A DNA stretch of 64,000 nt, from positions 1,184,001 through 1,248,000 of the forward strand of contig CAVWLP010000002.1 of NCBI GenBank assembly GCA_963755915.1, given 5' to 3'. The position numbers and the translations under genes are program-made. The notes below the pieces were generated by a model. It was not told the origin of the DNA and did no database searches. It saw only the letters and a list, made by a program, of their open reading frames with translations. This DNA is from an uncultured Phycisphaerales bacterium (GTDB taxonomy: Bacteria > Planctomycetota > Phycisphaerae > Tepidisphaerales > Tepidisphaeraceae). Below, piece after piece: positions 62,827 to 64,000 of this stretch. Within the stretch, counting starts at the first letter, position 1. Each line of letters begins with the position of its first letter.

Positions 62827-63264
62827 AGGAGGGGAGGATTTCGTGGATTGCGACTTCATATATAGCGGGGTGGAATCATAGGGAAGTTAGTGGTTGCAAA
62901 TCGTTAATACTGCGATGTGGCGGGGGGTTTCGTTACCGTTGACGGATTGGAGATTTTTTGAAGAGGGGGGTGGGCGGATCCGGGGGTTTTTCGCGAATTG
63001 CGACGGGGGGAAAGGTTGTAGGTTTTGAGCTTCATGATCATCTTCATGGGAAAGTGTGCGCCTCTATAAGTAGGGCGAAAGGTGCACGTTTTGGACGTAT
63101 TTTGGACGTATCGTGAAATTTTTTTTTCGGAATTCTGATATTGTTTTAACTGACGGGGAGGAGAGATGGTTTTATGCGCGGAATGACGAGGAAAAGACAC
63201 ACGCACCCCTGCGGGGTTGCGGCTAAACGGGGGCGGGGAGGGGGTCGGAATTGCGAGTGCTTGG

Positions 63265-63699
63265 TTAGGTTCCGGGGATGACCTGGAAACCGCGCGGCTC
63301 GGCGGGTTCGGGCATGTACTGGGCATCGCCGAAGCCGAGGATCGGATAGAAAATAAATCCGAGGAACAAAAGGCCGAATCCGAAGGCGGTTCCCTGGCCG
63401 AATTTTTTGGCGATGTCGAAGGGGAGGACCAGGAGGATGAGGTTGATGAAGGGGATGAAGCCGAGGATCAGCCACCAGCCCGGTCGGCCGGCGATCTTGA
63501 GCAATATATAAAAGTTGTAGATCGGAACGATCGCGGCCCAGCCGGGTTGGCCTGCCTTGGCGTATACCTTCCACAGCGCGGCGATCATGAGGATGACAAT
63601 GCCTAATTCGATAATCGCGAAAACCATCATGGCAACGGGGGATCCGGATTGGGTAACCACCGGTCCGTTGGTCTGGGCCAACCAGAAAAGGTTTGACAT
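63265..63699 (-). CDS. DUF5684-like membrane protein
   Basis: WKVYAKAG.PGWAAIVPIYN and AKKFG motifs; GGAG RBS. Confidence 0.85.
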   Translation of the reverse strand: MSNLFWLAQTNGPVVTQSGSPVAMMVFAIIELGIVILMIAALWKVYAKAGQPGWAAIVPIYNFYILLKIAGRPGWWLILGFIPFINLILLVLPFDIAKKFGQGTAFGFGLLFLGFIFYPILGFGDAQYMPEPAEPRGFQVIPGT

Positions 63700-64000
63700 T
63701 CGTTTCTCCTTCGCGCGTGAGACAGAAATGGCTGAACTGTTAACCCTGTACGGCAGACGTATGTGCTGCTGAGCGGAAGGGGAGTATACCGCTGCACAAA
63801 GGGAATAGGCAAAAACATGTAACTAAACGCGCGACGCAACTGAGGGCCCTCACCCGCGCGGGTCGGGGCTCGCTTGCCCTCTCGCGGATTACCGGGCGAG
63901 GGGGAAGACGGGGGGTCAATTCGAGGTTCGAACCGATCCGCTGGTTGTGGGGAGGATGGGAAGAAGCAAATGATTTCCGGGCCTCTGGCGTCGGCGTCTG

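Noticed and set aside
17533-63232. CRISPR array made of the ~30-bp family B repeats
   Set aside because: Copies are dispersed singly in intergenic regions with no regular spacers and no cas genes.

Overview
A 64-kb, high-GC bacterial chromosome segment. Gene content and repeat style point to a planctomycete (Phycisphaerae-like); this is an inference. Core genes are lpdA, murD, pyrF, truB, galE, mreBCD, ispA, dxs and a class I/II aminotransferase. Envelope and carbohydrate genes include PqiA/PqiB-like, AlgI plus two AlgJ-like, AsmA-like, GT39, PEGA/TolB-like, CE15, GH105 and GH35. Also present are a higBA toxin-antitoxin pair, a BlaI + M56-HEAT module and two near-identical IS4-family elements, each with its own 9-bp target duplication. 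About 15 genes carry indels, most likely long-read assembly errors. Most notable observations: (1) a tandemly duplicated unit of a membrane-anchored ECF sigma factor plus a stand-alone exported paralog of its own C-terminal domain, with a conserved putative autoregulatory promoter; (2) both IS copies sit at the same register in a dispersed intergenic GGTACAAAA motif that also occurs empty twice; (3) an unannotated 42-aa secreted His-rich peptide; (4) the BlaI/M56 cassette is bracketed by a degenerate copy of the murD 3' end; (5) a tRNA-Leu-like 3' remnant followed by a cyclase-like gene and a TM gene; (6) a tandem dynamin-like GTPase pair; (7) strong G/C strand-skew domains that switch inside the window regardless of gene direction.
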